64,000 nucleotides of DNA from Alphaproteobacteria bacterium (GTDB lineage: Bacteria; Pseudomonadota; Alphaproteobacteria; SP197). Both the position numbers and the translations under genes were made by a program. Position 1 is the first letter of the stretch. Each line of letters opens with the position of its first letter. The DNA lies in contig OZ245842.1 in assembly GCA_965228895.1 (NCBI GenBank), positions 2,464,001 to 2,528,000 on the forward strand, given 5' to 3'. The notes under the pieces were generated by a model. That model did no database searches and was not told the DNA's origin. It saw nothing but the letters and a program-made list of their open reading frames with translations. Shown here piece after piece: positions 21,006-30,040 of the stretch.

Positions 21006-21440
21006 CTAGCCGAGGTCGATCGGCGCGGAATCGGGCAGAAAGTGGTGATAGCTGTTGATGTACAACGCGATCTTCAGTTCGCGCGATGGTAGCCGCTGAA
21101 CAATCCAGTCTTCACCGACAACACACTTGATCAGCCCACCTTGCGCCGATCCAATGGGCCGGCCCTCCCAATAGACGGCGCCGACAGCGCGAGCGCGTTC
21201 CGGCGCGTCGCACAGCGGCGAGATGTCCCAGGGCTCCAGGACGACATGCCTTTCGTCGGTCAGCTTCTGGTGAATCTCATAGTTCGTCTGGAGCGAGATA
21301 TCCTCGCCGTGCGGGATGAAGATCCGAGGCTCCGGGTGCAGAAAAAACGCCGCCTGGTCGTCCGCCGTCCCTTTGTCGAACATGACGACGTCGTGGAACG
21401 CCTTCATCAGCGTGATGACGTCGTCCTTGGTAATCGCCAT
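21006..21440 (-). CDS. Hypothetical protein, possibly SnoaL/NTF2-like fold
   Basis: 144-aa ORF with GGGGG RBS; helix-then-strand pattern ending VGEDWIVQR..LKIALY. Confidence 0.65.
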   Translation of the reverse strand: MAITKDDVITLMKAFHDVVMFDKGTADDQAAFFLHPEPRIFIPHGEDISLQTNYEIHQKLTDERHVVLEPWDISPLCDAPERARAVGAVYWEGRPIGSAQGGLIKCVVGEDWIVQRLPSRELKIALYINSYHHFLPDSAPIDLG

Positions 21441-21601
21441 GACCAAGCCCCCCGCTTCTCACGACACCGAAACCGTCTCACGTCCAGGTTCCGCCGTCCA
21501 TGGTTGAGGCCTTATCGCGCGCCGGGAACTCGGTCGAAAACAGAAGCCAACAACACCTCGTTTAATAGGTGAAGGAATCTAGTTAACTAATTGAAAACAA
21601 A

Positions 21602-21678
21602 TGGCGTGCCCTCCTGGATTCGTACCTGGCACCTACGGCTTAGAATGCCGTTGCTCTATCCAACTGAGCTAACGATGC
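21602..21678 (-). pseudogene. Degenerate full-length copy of tRNA-Arg(UCU); distal direct repeat (att-like)
   Basis: 69/77 identical to 24828..24904; broken acceptor stem, T-loop TACGAAT, T-stem mismatch. Confidence 0.92.
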
Positions 21679-21727
21679 TTGGCTGACGCTGCGTGGGATG
21701 ATCTGCTTGTTTAGCGGTCATCCGCAC

Positions 21728-23815
21728 TCAAAGAAGGGTGCATTCCAAAAGCTCAATATCAGAGTTGGTGAGCATACGGCCCTCTGCCATGAGCCTGCGT
21801 ATGTTGGCGACGCCTATGTCTATGTCATAAGTATCTATCACATTATGAACTCGTTCTACGATAGGAGCGGGGACCCCCACTTCCTCAAGAGCTTTCGAGT
21901 TCCCCGGAAGGCCCCAGGACGAAATGTCTGCCAAGAACTTACTGTAATTGCAATGTTCATCAGCAGGTAGGGCTGCATTAACAATGTTCTGAAGCATCTC
22001 TAATGGCTCAAAAAATGAATATTCAACGCCTCGAAGGAAATTAAAAGCCAGATCCAAACTCTCGCCTGTGTCGTCTCCATTTGCCACATTGACAAGAAAC
22101 TCCTTTATTGTCTCGCTACGTTGAAGTTTGTTGGCTAGGAAGGCAAACTGTCGAGCAGAACGAACCCCGTGCTTCTCAAAATCGACACGCCCCCAGATTG
22201 CTTCAACACTTGTCAACACCTCCCGATATCGGCCAACACCAACCCACACAAGAGACCTGTCACCTAGCTCAATACGACTTGAAACATCCAAGTAGATGTC
22301 TTCGACCTGTTCTAGACCAAACTTTGCATAGCGAACAAGTATGTCATCTGGCACCTCGACCTGATCGAGTATCTCCACGCGCCGAACCTGATTTCTTTCT
22401 GACAGGCGAGTCTCTGGCATCTGAAGGACCGCCTGATCGGAAAGTTGATCCTTCGACTTCAGTAGAGGAATATCGAGCGCCTCATAAGTTGCTGCTGGGG
22501 GCTCATTGAAAAGGTAGACACGGCCAACGAAGTGTTGAAACATTCGACCCGCACGACCCTTGATGTTATCGTATGTAAAACGATCTAGTTTTCGTCTACT
22601 TATATATTTGTCATAAATAACAACGTTCTCAGCTACTGTATTAACCCCCTCAATAAGTGACGAGGTACACAACAGGACTCTAATCAGACCGAGATTGAAC
22701 AACTGCACCATTAGGTGACTTACAGCCCTTGGCACACGACCGTGGTGAATACCAATGCCACACTCTAGTGCATCGGCGACGTACCACTCATCATGATAGT
22801 TCTCGCGAAGCCAGTCAGCCAGGCGCTGCACAGTGGCGTCTTCTGTAACGACGCCGCGATCCATAAGCTCGCGGCACACAGTCCTGGTAGACTTTGGAGA
22901 CCGACAGTAAACGAGAGACGATCCGCTAATCTCGTCGCGTAGCAGATTGGCCAGCGTATCAGGATCTGTCCCTGGAGGATCTACGCGAATGACATCAGCC
23001 GTTACAGGCGAATATGTTGTCCTAACAAATTCAAAGTTCTCGCGCTCTGTCTGATCGACTGGATTAGTTTCGATAGACGGTCCAAGAAGGTACACCTGCT
23101 CAGCCACATCTATGTATTGGGCAAGTAGTGTATTGAGCGCACGCGCCCGTGCATCCCCATTTGTCAAATCAAGCTTGTAGAACTCATCAACCACGAAGAG
23201 ATTTGGCGATAGGTCCTCGTGTCTCTCCAGAATACGCTCTTGTGTACCGATTATGATTGTCTTTTCGGCGTGCAGTTCTTGAAAGCTCTGTGTCAATATA
23301 TGGTACTCCGGGAAACGAACGGCTAGAGTACGGCGACGTTCTTCCAACAGTGCGATTGTTGGCACAACAATTATCACTAACTCTGGTTGTTTCGATGCTA
23401 TAAGAGCATCAACCAACAGCGTTTTCCCAAAACTCGTTGGAGCAGAAAGAACCAAATTCTCTCCATCTATCAACTTAGAGAAAATGCGTCTTTGCTCAGA
23501 GTGAAAAAAGAAGTCTATTAGACCAGGGACCCGGTGAAACTCACGGGCAACATCATTACGAAGATCCTGCTCTTCTCCCAGGTACGGATACAACCCAGCT
23601 TCTCTGACAAAACTGTCAACTATCTGACTTGCCCCCGGAAGGACTCTTTCGAAATCTTCAACTCTATTAATTAGGCGGATTGCAATTTCTACGTCTTCGG
23701 CAATTTCTCTTTCACCGTTTAGCCAATATCGCGAAGCTCTGTCGAGTAACTTAACAACATCAGCGCTTTCGATTTCGCTCTTCTCTATATCACTAAGTAA
23801 ATCTGGGTTGATCAT
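21728..23815 (-). CDS. hamB: Hachiman helicase HamB (Ski2-like SF2 DEAD/DEAH helicase)
   Basis: APTSFGKT, VPTIALL, TQER, DEFYK, GIHHG, TSSLIEGVN, NIKGRAGRM; ATGA overlap with upstream hamA. Confidence 0.88.
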   Translation of the reverse strand: MINPDLLSDIEKSEIESADVVKLLDRASRYWLNGEREIAEDVEIAIRLINRVEDFERVLPGASQIVDSFVREAGLYPYLGEEQDLRNDVAREFHRVPGLIDFFFHSEQRRIFSKLIDGENLVLSAPTSFGKTLLVDALIASKQPELVIIVVPTIALLEERRRTLAVRFPEYHILTQSFQELHAEKTIIIGTQERILERHEDLSPNLFVVDEFYKLDLTNGDARARALNTLLAQYIDVAEQVYLLGPSIETNPVDQTERENFEFVRTTYSPVTADVIRVDPPGTDPDTLANLLRDEISGSSLVYCRSPKSTRTVCRELMDRGVVTEDATVQRLADWLRENYHDEWYVADALECGIGIHHGRVPRAVSHLMVQLFNLGLIRVLLCTSSLIEGVNTVAENVVIYDKYISRRKLDRFTYDNIKGRAGRMFQHFVGRVYLFNEPPAATYEALDIPLLKSKDQLSDQAVLQMPETRLSERNQVRRVEILDQVEVPDDILVRYAKFGLEQVEDIYLDVSSRIELGDRSLVWVGVGRYREVLTSVEAIWGRVDFEKHGVRSARQFAFLANKLQRSETIKEFLVNVANGDDTGESLDLAFNFLRGVEYSFFEPLEMLQNIVNAALPADEHCNYSKFLADISSWGLPGNSKALEEVGVPAPIVERVHNVIDTYDIDIGVANIRRLMAEGRMLTNSDIELLECTLL

Positions 23816-24663
23816 TCAAACGCCCCCAACTTATTCTGAAAGTCCGTCTCGAGTGAGTGCTTCGAGGCTAAGGGTATGTAGATCGCGACGACCCTAACGC
23901 TCTTTGCGATCGCCGATTTCGCGAGCCGGTCATTTATGTAGTCATACTCTTCAATGACGAAACTCGAGTAGTTTTCCTTGCACGTTTGATAGTTCTTTGC
24001 AGCCTCACTCTCGGAGGCGATCAGTACCGGTACGACGATGCGTTCGACGAGCTCGTCTAGAGTGTTTCCGTCGTCAAACAACCACTGGAGTTTGTCGTAA
24101 CCCGGTGTGGAAGGTTCTATCTTTGGGCCAATCAAGATTTTCGTTTCTTCTAGAAAACCTTGATCAAGATGATCTTTGAGGCTGGAAAGAGCGGCTGAAA
24201 CTGCTTGGCCGGTATCACTGTAGAATTTTGCCTCTCCTAGCCAGAGCTCTATTTCGCCACTTGTGTCTTCGTATGTGACCAGTGCGGAGTCAAAACCCGT
24301 AACTTGATCATTCGGTCGCATTTTATAGAAAAGGCGCGATACAAAAGCATAAGCACGGTACTCCGACACACAAACTATATGGAGCAACAACTCGCCAATC
24401 TCTCCACGATGCTTCGCGTTTTCTTTCTTGAATACTCGGAATGCAGCCTCCTTTAGAAGCTTGTAAGCATTCTCGGGGCCGATTTGCTCAATCTCCGACG
24501 GCCGAAGCGCAAACTGGGGCAACCAGTTGATAAGGTGTTCTGCAAGTTTCTTAGAGCGCCATACGCCTAGCTCAAATCCGGCACATGCAGCCAAGCCGGC
24601 AACATCAGAGTTATCGTCACGGTGAAGAACTGACAAAAACTTATCTGGCAACTCTAGGGGCAT
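23812..24663 (-). CDS. hamA: Hachiman protein HamA (DUF1837, PD-(D/E)xK nuclease)
   Basis: RGEIGELLLH, GFD, LWLGEAKFY motifs characteristic of DUF1837; directly upstream of the helicase. Confidence 0.88.
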   Translation of the reverse strand: MPLELPDKFLSVLHRDDNSDVAGLAACAGFELGVWRSKKLAEHLINWLPQFALRPSEIEQIGPENAYKLLKEAAFRVFKKENAKHRGEIGELLLHIVCVSEYRAYAFVSRLFYKMRPNDQVTGFDSALVTYEDTSGEIELWLGEAKFYSDTGQAVSAALSSLKDHLDQGFLEETKILIGPKIEPSTPGYDKLQWLFDDGNTLDELVERIVVPVLIASESEAAKNYQTCKENYSSFVIEEYDYINDRLAKSAIAKSVRVVAIYIPLASKHSLETDFQNKLGAFE

Positions 24664-24702
24664 AAATCAGAGATTCAGCTAAGACCTTATCATTAACTAA
24701 CC

Positions 24703-24732
24703 GAATAGTGGCTAGAGGCGGCTTTTTGTCAA
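24703..24732 (-). promoter_or_regulatory. Candidate sigma70 promoter for hamAB
   Basis: Perfect TTGACA (24732-24727), then CACTAT/ACTATT at 16-17 bp spacing, about 40 nt upstream of the hamA ATG. Confidence 0.45.
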
Positions 24733-24827
24733 CCAGAAGCAACAAATGCAGCCTTGTTCTGCTATCTCAGGCAGGCGCAAGACGACACGAGGTCGATAGC
24801 GAACACAAAGGTCTTTAGTGCAAGAAA

Positions 24828-24904
24828 TGGCGCGCCCTCCAGGATTCGAACCTGGGACCTACGGCTTAGAAGGCCGTTGCTCTATCCAACTGAGCTAAGG
24901 GCGC
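24828..24904 (-). tRNA. tRNA-Arg(UCU)
   Basis: Full cloverleaf GCGCCCT..ACGGC-CTTCTAA-GCCGT..CCAGG-TTCGAAT-CCTGG-AGGGCGC-GCCA. Confidence 0.97.
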
Positions 24905-24923
24905 GCGGGGCCGCCGGCGGGTC

Positions 24924-25217
24924 TTAAGGCCGCTGCCAGCGGAAATTGTCGGCGTAGGATTTCGGTCTCACCCGGCGTTCGTGCAGATCCTCGACCCGGT
25001 AGTCGATACCGTTGCGCTCGGCATAGGCGATCGCGTCCTCGCGGGTGTCGAACTTCAGACGCAACTGATCGGCCTTCATGTCCGACGAACTGGTCCAGCC
25101 CATCAGGGGATCGGCGGTCTTGCGCGAGCCGGCCTCATACTCCAGGACCCACTGATGGGTCTTGGCGCGGCCGGACTGCATGGCCGTCTTCGACGGTCTG
25201 AAGATACGCGCGGTCAT
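24924..25217 (-). CDS. ETC complex I subunit (NDUFS4-like)
   Basis: ARIFRPSKTAMQSG, DPLMGWTSS, F.TREDAIAYA, KSYADNF. Confidence 0.93.
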   Translation of the reverse strand: MTARIFRPSKTAMQSGRAKTHQWVLEYEAGSRKTADPLMGWTSSSDMKADQLRLKFDTREDAIAYAERNGIDYRVEDLHERRVRPKSYADNFRWQRP

Positions 25218-25345
25218 GGTTCACTTGCGCCTTTCGTCATCACCCCAAAACCCTTCCTCGGTCTATAGCGAGCCTGGGTGGCAGGCGCAAGCCGCGCCAA
25301 TAAATCTTTACAGATGAGGCACCTAGCATCATTTTAGGGCATCCT

Positions 25346-25483
25346 TAGAGCAGATCCTGTTTTGAGGACATCGCTTCGCGATGGCATCGAGACAGGTGAA
25401 TCTGCTCTATTTATAGATGGAGAGCGGATTCACGTGTTTAGGTGGAACCGACAAGCGGTTCCACCGAAACACGATCCGCTCTA
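25346..25483. repeat. Composite palindromic element: two inverted 64-bp units around an AT-rich spacer
   Basis: 25346-25409 TAGAGCAGAT..ATCTGCTCTA and 25420-25483 GAGAGCGGAT..ATCCGCTCTA; each is a hairpin and the two are homologous in opposite orientation. Confidence 0.85.
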
Positions 25484-25496
25484 GGGGGAAAAACGG

Positions 25497-25856
25497 ATGC
25501 TTCGCCACGCAGTACCCATGGTTTTGCTCGCCGCAGCGGTCACGCTGGGCGGCTGCGGCTATCACCTTTCGGGCCGGTCTTCGACCGCCAGCGGCGTGAT
25601 CGCCTCCGCCGAAGACGGCGATCCCGTGTCCCAGCGCACGCTGGGCGACATGTACTATTGGGGCGAAGACGTACCGCAGGACTGGGCGCTGGCGCTGGCT
25701 TATTGGGAACTTGCCGCCGAACAGGGCGAACCCCTGGCGATGGAGCGCGTCGAAGACATGTGGACGGGCGAGCCGGTCCTCGTCGTCTCCGATGGCGGCG
25801 CAGGCCGGCGGACCTTCGCCTCGACGGTCGAGGCCATCGAAGGCGAGCCGCTCTAG
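25497..25856 (+). CDS. Lipoprotein with Sel1-like repeat
   Basis: Lipobox LGGC; AEDGDPVSQRTLGDMYYWGEDVPQDWALALAYWELAAEQG. Confidence 0.8.
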   Translation: MLRHAVPMVLLAAAVTLGGCGYHLSGRSSTASGVIASAEDGDPVSQRTLGDMYYWGEDVPQDWALALAYWELAAEQGEPLAMERVEDMWTGEPVLVVSDGGAGRRTFASTVEAIEGEPL

Positions 25857-25926
25857 GCGACAAGCGCCGCCGCCCTCGTGATGTCCTCTCGACGAGCGCC
25901 CACGCACACGTGAACACGACGCCCTG

Positions 25927-26595
25927 GTGATCAAGCTCTTCAACAGTCCCGCCTCCACCGCGATGTCGGCGCACGCCGCGCTGGAAGAAACCGGCTGCCC
26001 GTACGACAACCGCTGGGTGGAAATTGACGTCCCTCTGGCGGAGCGGGACCCGGAGTTTCAGGCGCTGACGCCCCACGGTTCGGTACCCGTGCTGGTCGAT
26101 GACGACGGCACCGTGGTCTTCGAGGGGACGGCCATTTTGATCTATCTCGCCGACCGCTTTCCCGAAGCGGGACTTGGTCCGGCCGTGGGCGATCCCGGCA
26201 GGGGCGACTTTCTGAAGTGGCTGACCTACATGACGAACACGCTGCAGGTCGCCATGCAGGTCTTCTTCATGCCCGAGAAGTTCACGACGTCGAGCGCCGG
26301 GCACGAGGCGATCTCGGCCAACGGCATCGAACGGCTCGACGAAAGCTGGCGTTTGATCAATGCGGTTTGCGCGGAACCCGGGCCCTATGTGCTGGGCGAG
26401 ACCTTCAGCGCCTGCGATCTGCACCTGCAGATGCTGACCCTGTGGCACCGTGACGTCGCGGCCATGCGGGCGCGCTATCCCCATGTGAAACGTTGCGCCG
26501 AGCTGGTGGAACAGCGCCCGGCGGTCAAGCGTATCATGAAGGACCACGGTCCCGACTGGACGACACACCACCCGGATTATCCGGGACCGCCCTGA
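25927..26595 (+). CDS. Glutathione S-transferase family protein
   Basis: PHGSVPVL, EGTAILIYLAD, YVLGETFSACD. Confidence 0.9.
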   Translation: MIKLFNSPASTAMSAHAALEETGCPYDNRWVEIDVPLAERDPEFQALTPHGSVPVLVDDDGTVVFEGTAILIYLADRFPEAGLGPAVGDPGRGDFLKWLTYMTNTLQVAMQVFFMPEKFTTSSAGHEAISANGIERLDESWRLINAVCAEPGPYVLGETFSACDLHLQMLTLWHRDVAAMRARYPHVKRCAELVEQRPAVKRIMKDHGPDWTTHHPDYPGPP

Positions 26596-26806
26596 GGCCT
26601 GGCGCGTGCAGGGTGTCGATGACAGCGAACGCGTAAGCGGCGGAAACGGCGCACGCTCTCACAAATTGATCTCCGAATTGTCTCGGTAACTCTACCTAAT
26701 CGTTATCGTCCAGACCGGCCGCATCCGCTAGAACATCGGCACTATCGACGTCCTGCGGGCGCGCACGCATACGTTGCTGCATCGACTGACAACCTGATGT
26801 GGATCC

Positions 26807-27817
26807 ATGGCCTTCGATCTTACGCGCCCTACAGCCAACGAGAGCGCGATCGTGTCTGTTAGACGCTATTGGACCATGGCTTCGACATACCGGCATAGGC
26901 GGGCCAACGTGCTGTTGACGGTTGCCGGACAGCGGTCGCACGTCACGATCACGCGGCGCAGCAGCATTTTGGACCGCTACTATCACTTCATCACCGACTT
27001 CGTCTGGCCGATCTACACATGGTCGGCCCGCCAAAGTCCGGACGGCACACCGAAACTCACCGAAGTCATCTCGTTGGGTCGACAGCCGCTGCGATTTGCC
27101 GGCCTGTTCCAGGAGATCTTTGACGTCCCCTTGCGCGCGGACTCACTGCGCTACCGTACCCTCCTGGCACCATTCCGGAAGGAAGCGATCAGAGTCGGCT
27201 GCTGCAACACACTTTGGCGCAGCTATCTGGAGAGCTTCGACGACCTTGAAACCGCGCGCCAGGACCTTTGGCGTTTCAACGGCTTCCTGGAGTCACGGTT
27301 TCCTGTCGCGCCGTCAACGCGCCCAACGGTCACGTTTATCGAGCGCGAGGCCCGCGAAGTCGATCGCGGCGCCACCCGTCGCACCATCATCAACCACAAG
27401 GCCATCGCCGATGCGGTCCAGGCCTATTGCATTACAAACGACCTCGATTTTCGTAGCACCAAGCTCGATGGCCTGTCGTTTGCCGATCAATTCCGGATTT
27501 TCCGGACCAGCGGTGTCGTCATCGGCCAGCACGGCGGCGGGTTGACCAACGCGCTCTGGCTGAAACCAGGTGCGGCGTCACTGATCGAACTGGACCACGA
27601 GGACACGCGCGATCACTTTTCGAACCTGTGCCACGATTTCGGGATCGACTACACCCGTGTTTGCTGTCCGCTCGCCGAGGCGTCGACGGCATTGCAAGAA
27701 CGCATCACCGTCGATCCAGCCGCGGTCATCGCACAGTTACAGCAAAAGCTGCAATTTGTCCTGGCGACACCGGCCGTCACCGACGATCGAAGGCTGGGCG
27801 ACCGGCCCGTCGCTTGA
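26807..27817 (+). CDS. Glycosyltransferase family 61 (DUF563)-like protein
   Basis: YYHFITD, RRTIIN, LSFADQ..F, IGQHGGGLTNALW; start uncertain. Confidence 0.8.
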   Translation: MAFDLTRPTANESAIVSVRRYWTMASTYRHRRANVLLTVAGQRSHVTITRRSSILDRYYHFITDFVWPIYTWSARQSPDGTPKLTEVISLGRQPLRFAGLFQEIFDVPLRADSLRYRTLLAPFRKEAIRVGCCNTLWRSYLESFDDLETARQDLWRFNGFLESRFPVAPSTRPTVTFIEREAREVDRGATRRTIINHKAIADAVQAYCITNDLDFRSTKLDGLSFADQFRIFRTSGVVIGQHGGGLTNALWLKPGAASLIELDHEDTRDHFSNLCHDFGIDYTRVCCPLAEASTALQERITVDPAAVIAQLQQKLQFVLATPAVTDDRRLGDRPVA

Positions 27818-27832
27818 GCCAGACCGCCGGAT

Positions 27833-27909
<77 letters not shown>

Positions 27910-27968
27910 ATCTCAGGGTCTTGTGGGCGTGAGGCCCGCTGACGTCAACGGAAAATCGCTGTTTGTCT

Positions 27969-28490
27969 CTATGGCGCGTTGCCGAACGCGCTGTGTTCGA
28001 TCACCGTGTCGCCGTTGATACCAAGACGGTCGGTGGTCCCGGCAACGACTTCCAGGACCGCCTGGGCCGGCACGCCAGAGGGGATAAGAGCCTCGGATTC
28101 AGGTTCCGCCGCTTCGGCGATGGAGAGGACCCGGCCGTCGCCGTCCAGGAACAGGATATCGAGCGAGACATAGGTATCCTTCATCCAGAACGCACGCTCT
28201 CGGGCGCGATCGAACAGGAAAAGCATGCCGGCATCGTCCGCAAGGGACTGACGATGCATGAGACCCTGACGCCGCTGCTCGGGCGTGACGGCCAATTCGA
28301 CGTCGAAAAGGTGGCGTTTGCCGTCCGCCGTCGCTATCACAACCTGATCGGTCGGAAACACCACGTCACCGCCGGCCACGGCATCACCGAGGCCAGTCGG
28401 CAACCAGAGCGCGATCAAGAGGACAAGTCCCGTGGCGGAGCCCACACCGAGCAGCAAGATGTTCCTCAATCCCGCCTTTCTCGTAGGCAT
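27969..28490 (-). CDS. DUF192 domain protein
   Basis: [40 protein letters not shown]; start uncertain (28469-28511). Confidence 0.9.
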   Translation of the reverse strand: MPTRKAGLRNILLLGVGSATGLVLLIALWLPTGLGDAVAGGDVVFPTDQVVIATADGKRHLFDVELAVTPEQRRQGLMHRQSLADDAGMLFLFDRARERAFWMKDTYVSLDILFLDGDGRVLSIAEAAEPESEALIPSGVPAQAVLEVVAGTTDRLGINGDTVIEHSAFGNAP

Positions 28491-29328
28491 TCTTGGCGCA
28501 TGCCTGGTCATTGTTGCGAGCTTTCTGCCGTTGGTCGAACGCGCCGGAGCGCCGCCGCTCCTGCTTTTTACGGGAGCGATCGATCCCGGTCTAGCGGTGA
28601 TCGTGCTAGCCGCCCTGTCGGTCGTGCTTTGCCTGGTCCAACGCTATGGCTGGCTGTTGATCACCGGACCGCTTGCCGCCGTCGCGGCGTTGATGGCGGC
28701 CGGCGAGCAACTCCAGGCCCTGGCCGGCCCCGATGTCGGCCTCGTAGACTTGTTCGACGTCTATAACGGCATCCTGCCGGCTGGCATGACCACCAACCGC
28801 ATGGTCGAGATTAGCGCCCTGCTGGATGGTATGGCGGTGGGTATCGGCGCCTGGCTCTTGATAACCGGCCTCATCTTGACCGCACTCGCGCCCGCCTTGC
28901 GCCGTGTCTCCGTCAGCCGGCGCCCGACGGAGGCCCCGGTAGAGGGTTTCACCACCGCGCCGCGCAGCCGCGCGATCGAAGACGCCGCCACCGTTAGGGC
29001 CGACATCATGGAGGACGACATAGAAGACATGCTGATCGACGATCTGCACATCTTTGCCGACAACATGAACCAGGAACTGAGCTTCGACCATCGCGACCCC
29101 GACGGCCACGAGGCGTCCCACAAGGTCATCCTCATCGCCGCCGGCTATCGCGAGCAGACCTATTTCCTACGCTGTAGCGACGTCGAAACCGGTCACATGC
29201 GCGATTTCGCCGCCGACCAATTGAGCGGTGTCGTCGATCGGTCGAGCGGCGAGTCCATCGCCACCGAGGAGTTGCTCGATGACCTCGCCCGTGTCGCCCA
29301 CGAGGCCTATGAGGCGTCCAACCGCTAG
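28459..29328 (+). CDS. Membrane protein with C-terminal WYL-like domain
   Basis: About four hydrophobic helices, then LSFDHRDPDGHEASHKV..YFLRCSDVETGHMRDFAADQLSGVVD. Confidence 0.65.
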   Translation: MFLNPAFLVGILGACLVIVASFLPLVERAGAPPLLLFTGAIDPGLAVIVLAALSVVLCLVQRYGWLLITGPLAAVAALMAAGEQLQALAGPDVGLVDLFDVYNGILPAGMTTNRMVEISALLDGMAVGIGAWLLITGLILTALAPALRRVSVSRRPTEAPVEGFTTAPRSRAIEDAATVRADIMEDDIEDMLIDDLHIFADNMNQELSFDHRDPDGHEASHKVILIAAGYREQTYFLRCSDVETGHMRDFAADQLSGVVDRSSGESIATEELLDDLARVAHEAYEASNR

Positions 29329-29415
29329 AGGCGCATGGAGGGTCCGTTCACGCGCAACTGACGGCGCACGCGCTTGGCCTTGACCGGCCTCTCGGGCATA
29401 ATCCAGCCGGCGCGC

Positions 29416-29479
29416 TAGAGCGGATTCACGTGGTTAGGTAGAACCGTCAACCGGTTCCACCCAATCACGACCCGCTCTA
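29416..29479. repeat. Solo 64-bp palindromic unit (same family as 25420-25483)
   Basis: TAGAGCGGATTCACGTGGTTAGGTAGAACCGTCAACCGGTTCCACCCAATCACGACCCGCTCTA. Confidence 0.85.
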
Positions 29480-29557
29480 AGCGTGTTTCGGGGCGCGATG
29501 TCGGACGGGGTTGGCCGGCATCGCATTGAATAGCAGGGAAGAGTTACGGGAGGTCTG

Positions 29558-30040
29558 ATGTTTTCGGCACGCTCGGTGAGCCTGTTCGCCGTGCTCTATG
29601 GCGTTTGGCTTTTGCTCTCAGGCATTTGGGAGCCTTTCTTTCTGATCTCCGGCGCGGTCGCCAGCCTCTTGGTCGTGATTGTCGCGCACCGCATGGATGT
29701 GATCGATGGCGAAGGTCATCCGATCCAGCTGTCGTGGCGCGCCTTGACCTACTTTCCGTGGCTGTTCTGGCAAATCATCAAGTCGAACATCGATGTCGCT
29801 CGGCGCATTGCCTCGCCGCGCCTGGCCATTGAGCCCGCTGACGGCTGGGTCGACGCCAGCCAGAATACGACGGCCGGCTTGGTGACGTTCGCCAACTCGA
29901 TCACCCTGACACCGGGCACCGTCTCGATGACCGTTCACGAGGATCGTATTCATGTCCACGCCCTGTCGAAGGCAGGTTTCGATGATCTCGAGGCGGGCGA
30001 GATGGACCGGCGCGTCACGCAGATGGAAGGCCGCCGCTGA
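29558..30040 (+). CDS. mrpE: Na+/H+ antiporter subunit E
   Basis: WLLLSG, SNIDVA, FANSITLTPGT, VHAL. Confidence 0.92.
   Translation: MFSARSVSLFAVLYGVWLLLSGIWEPFFLISGAVASLLVVIVAHRMDVIDGEGHPIQLSWRALTYFPWLFWQIIKSNIDVARRIASPRLAIEPADGWVDASQNTTAGLVTFANSITLTPGTVSMTVHEDRIHVHALSKAGFDDLEAGEMDRRVTQMEGRR

Larger units (their letters stand above)
21602..24904. mobile_element. tRNA-Arg-anchored mini genomic island (defence cargo, no integrase)
   Basis: Direct tRNA repeats at both ends; interior clearly more AT-rich than flanks, with atypical codon use. Confidence 0.85.

Noticed and set aside
21602-21678. Second functional tRNA-Arg gene
   Set aside because: Acceptor stem cannot pair and the T-loop/T-stem are mutated; treated as a pseudo-tRNA/att repeat.
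25346-25483. CRISPR array
   Set aside because: Only two inverted 64-bp units, no regular repeat-spacer series and no cas genes.
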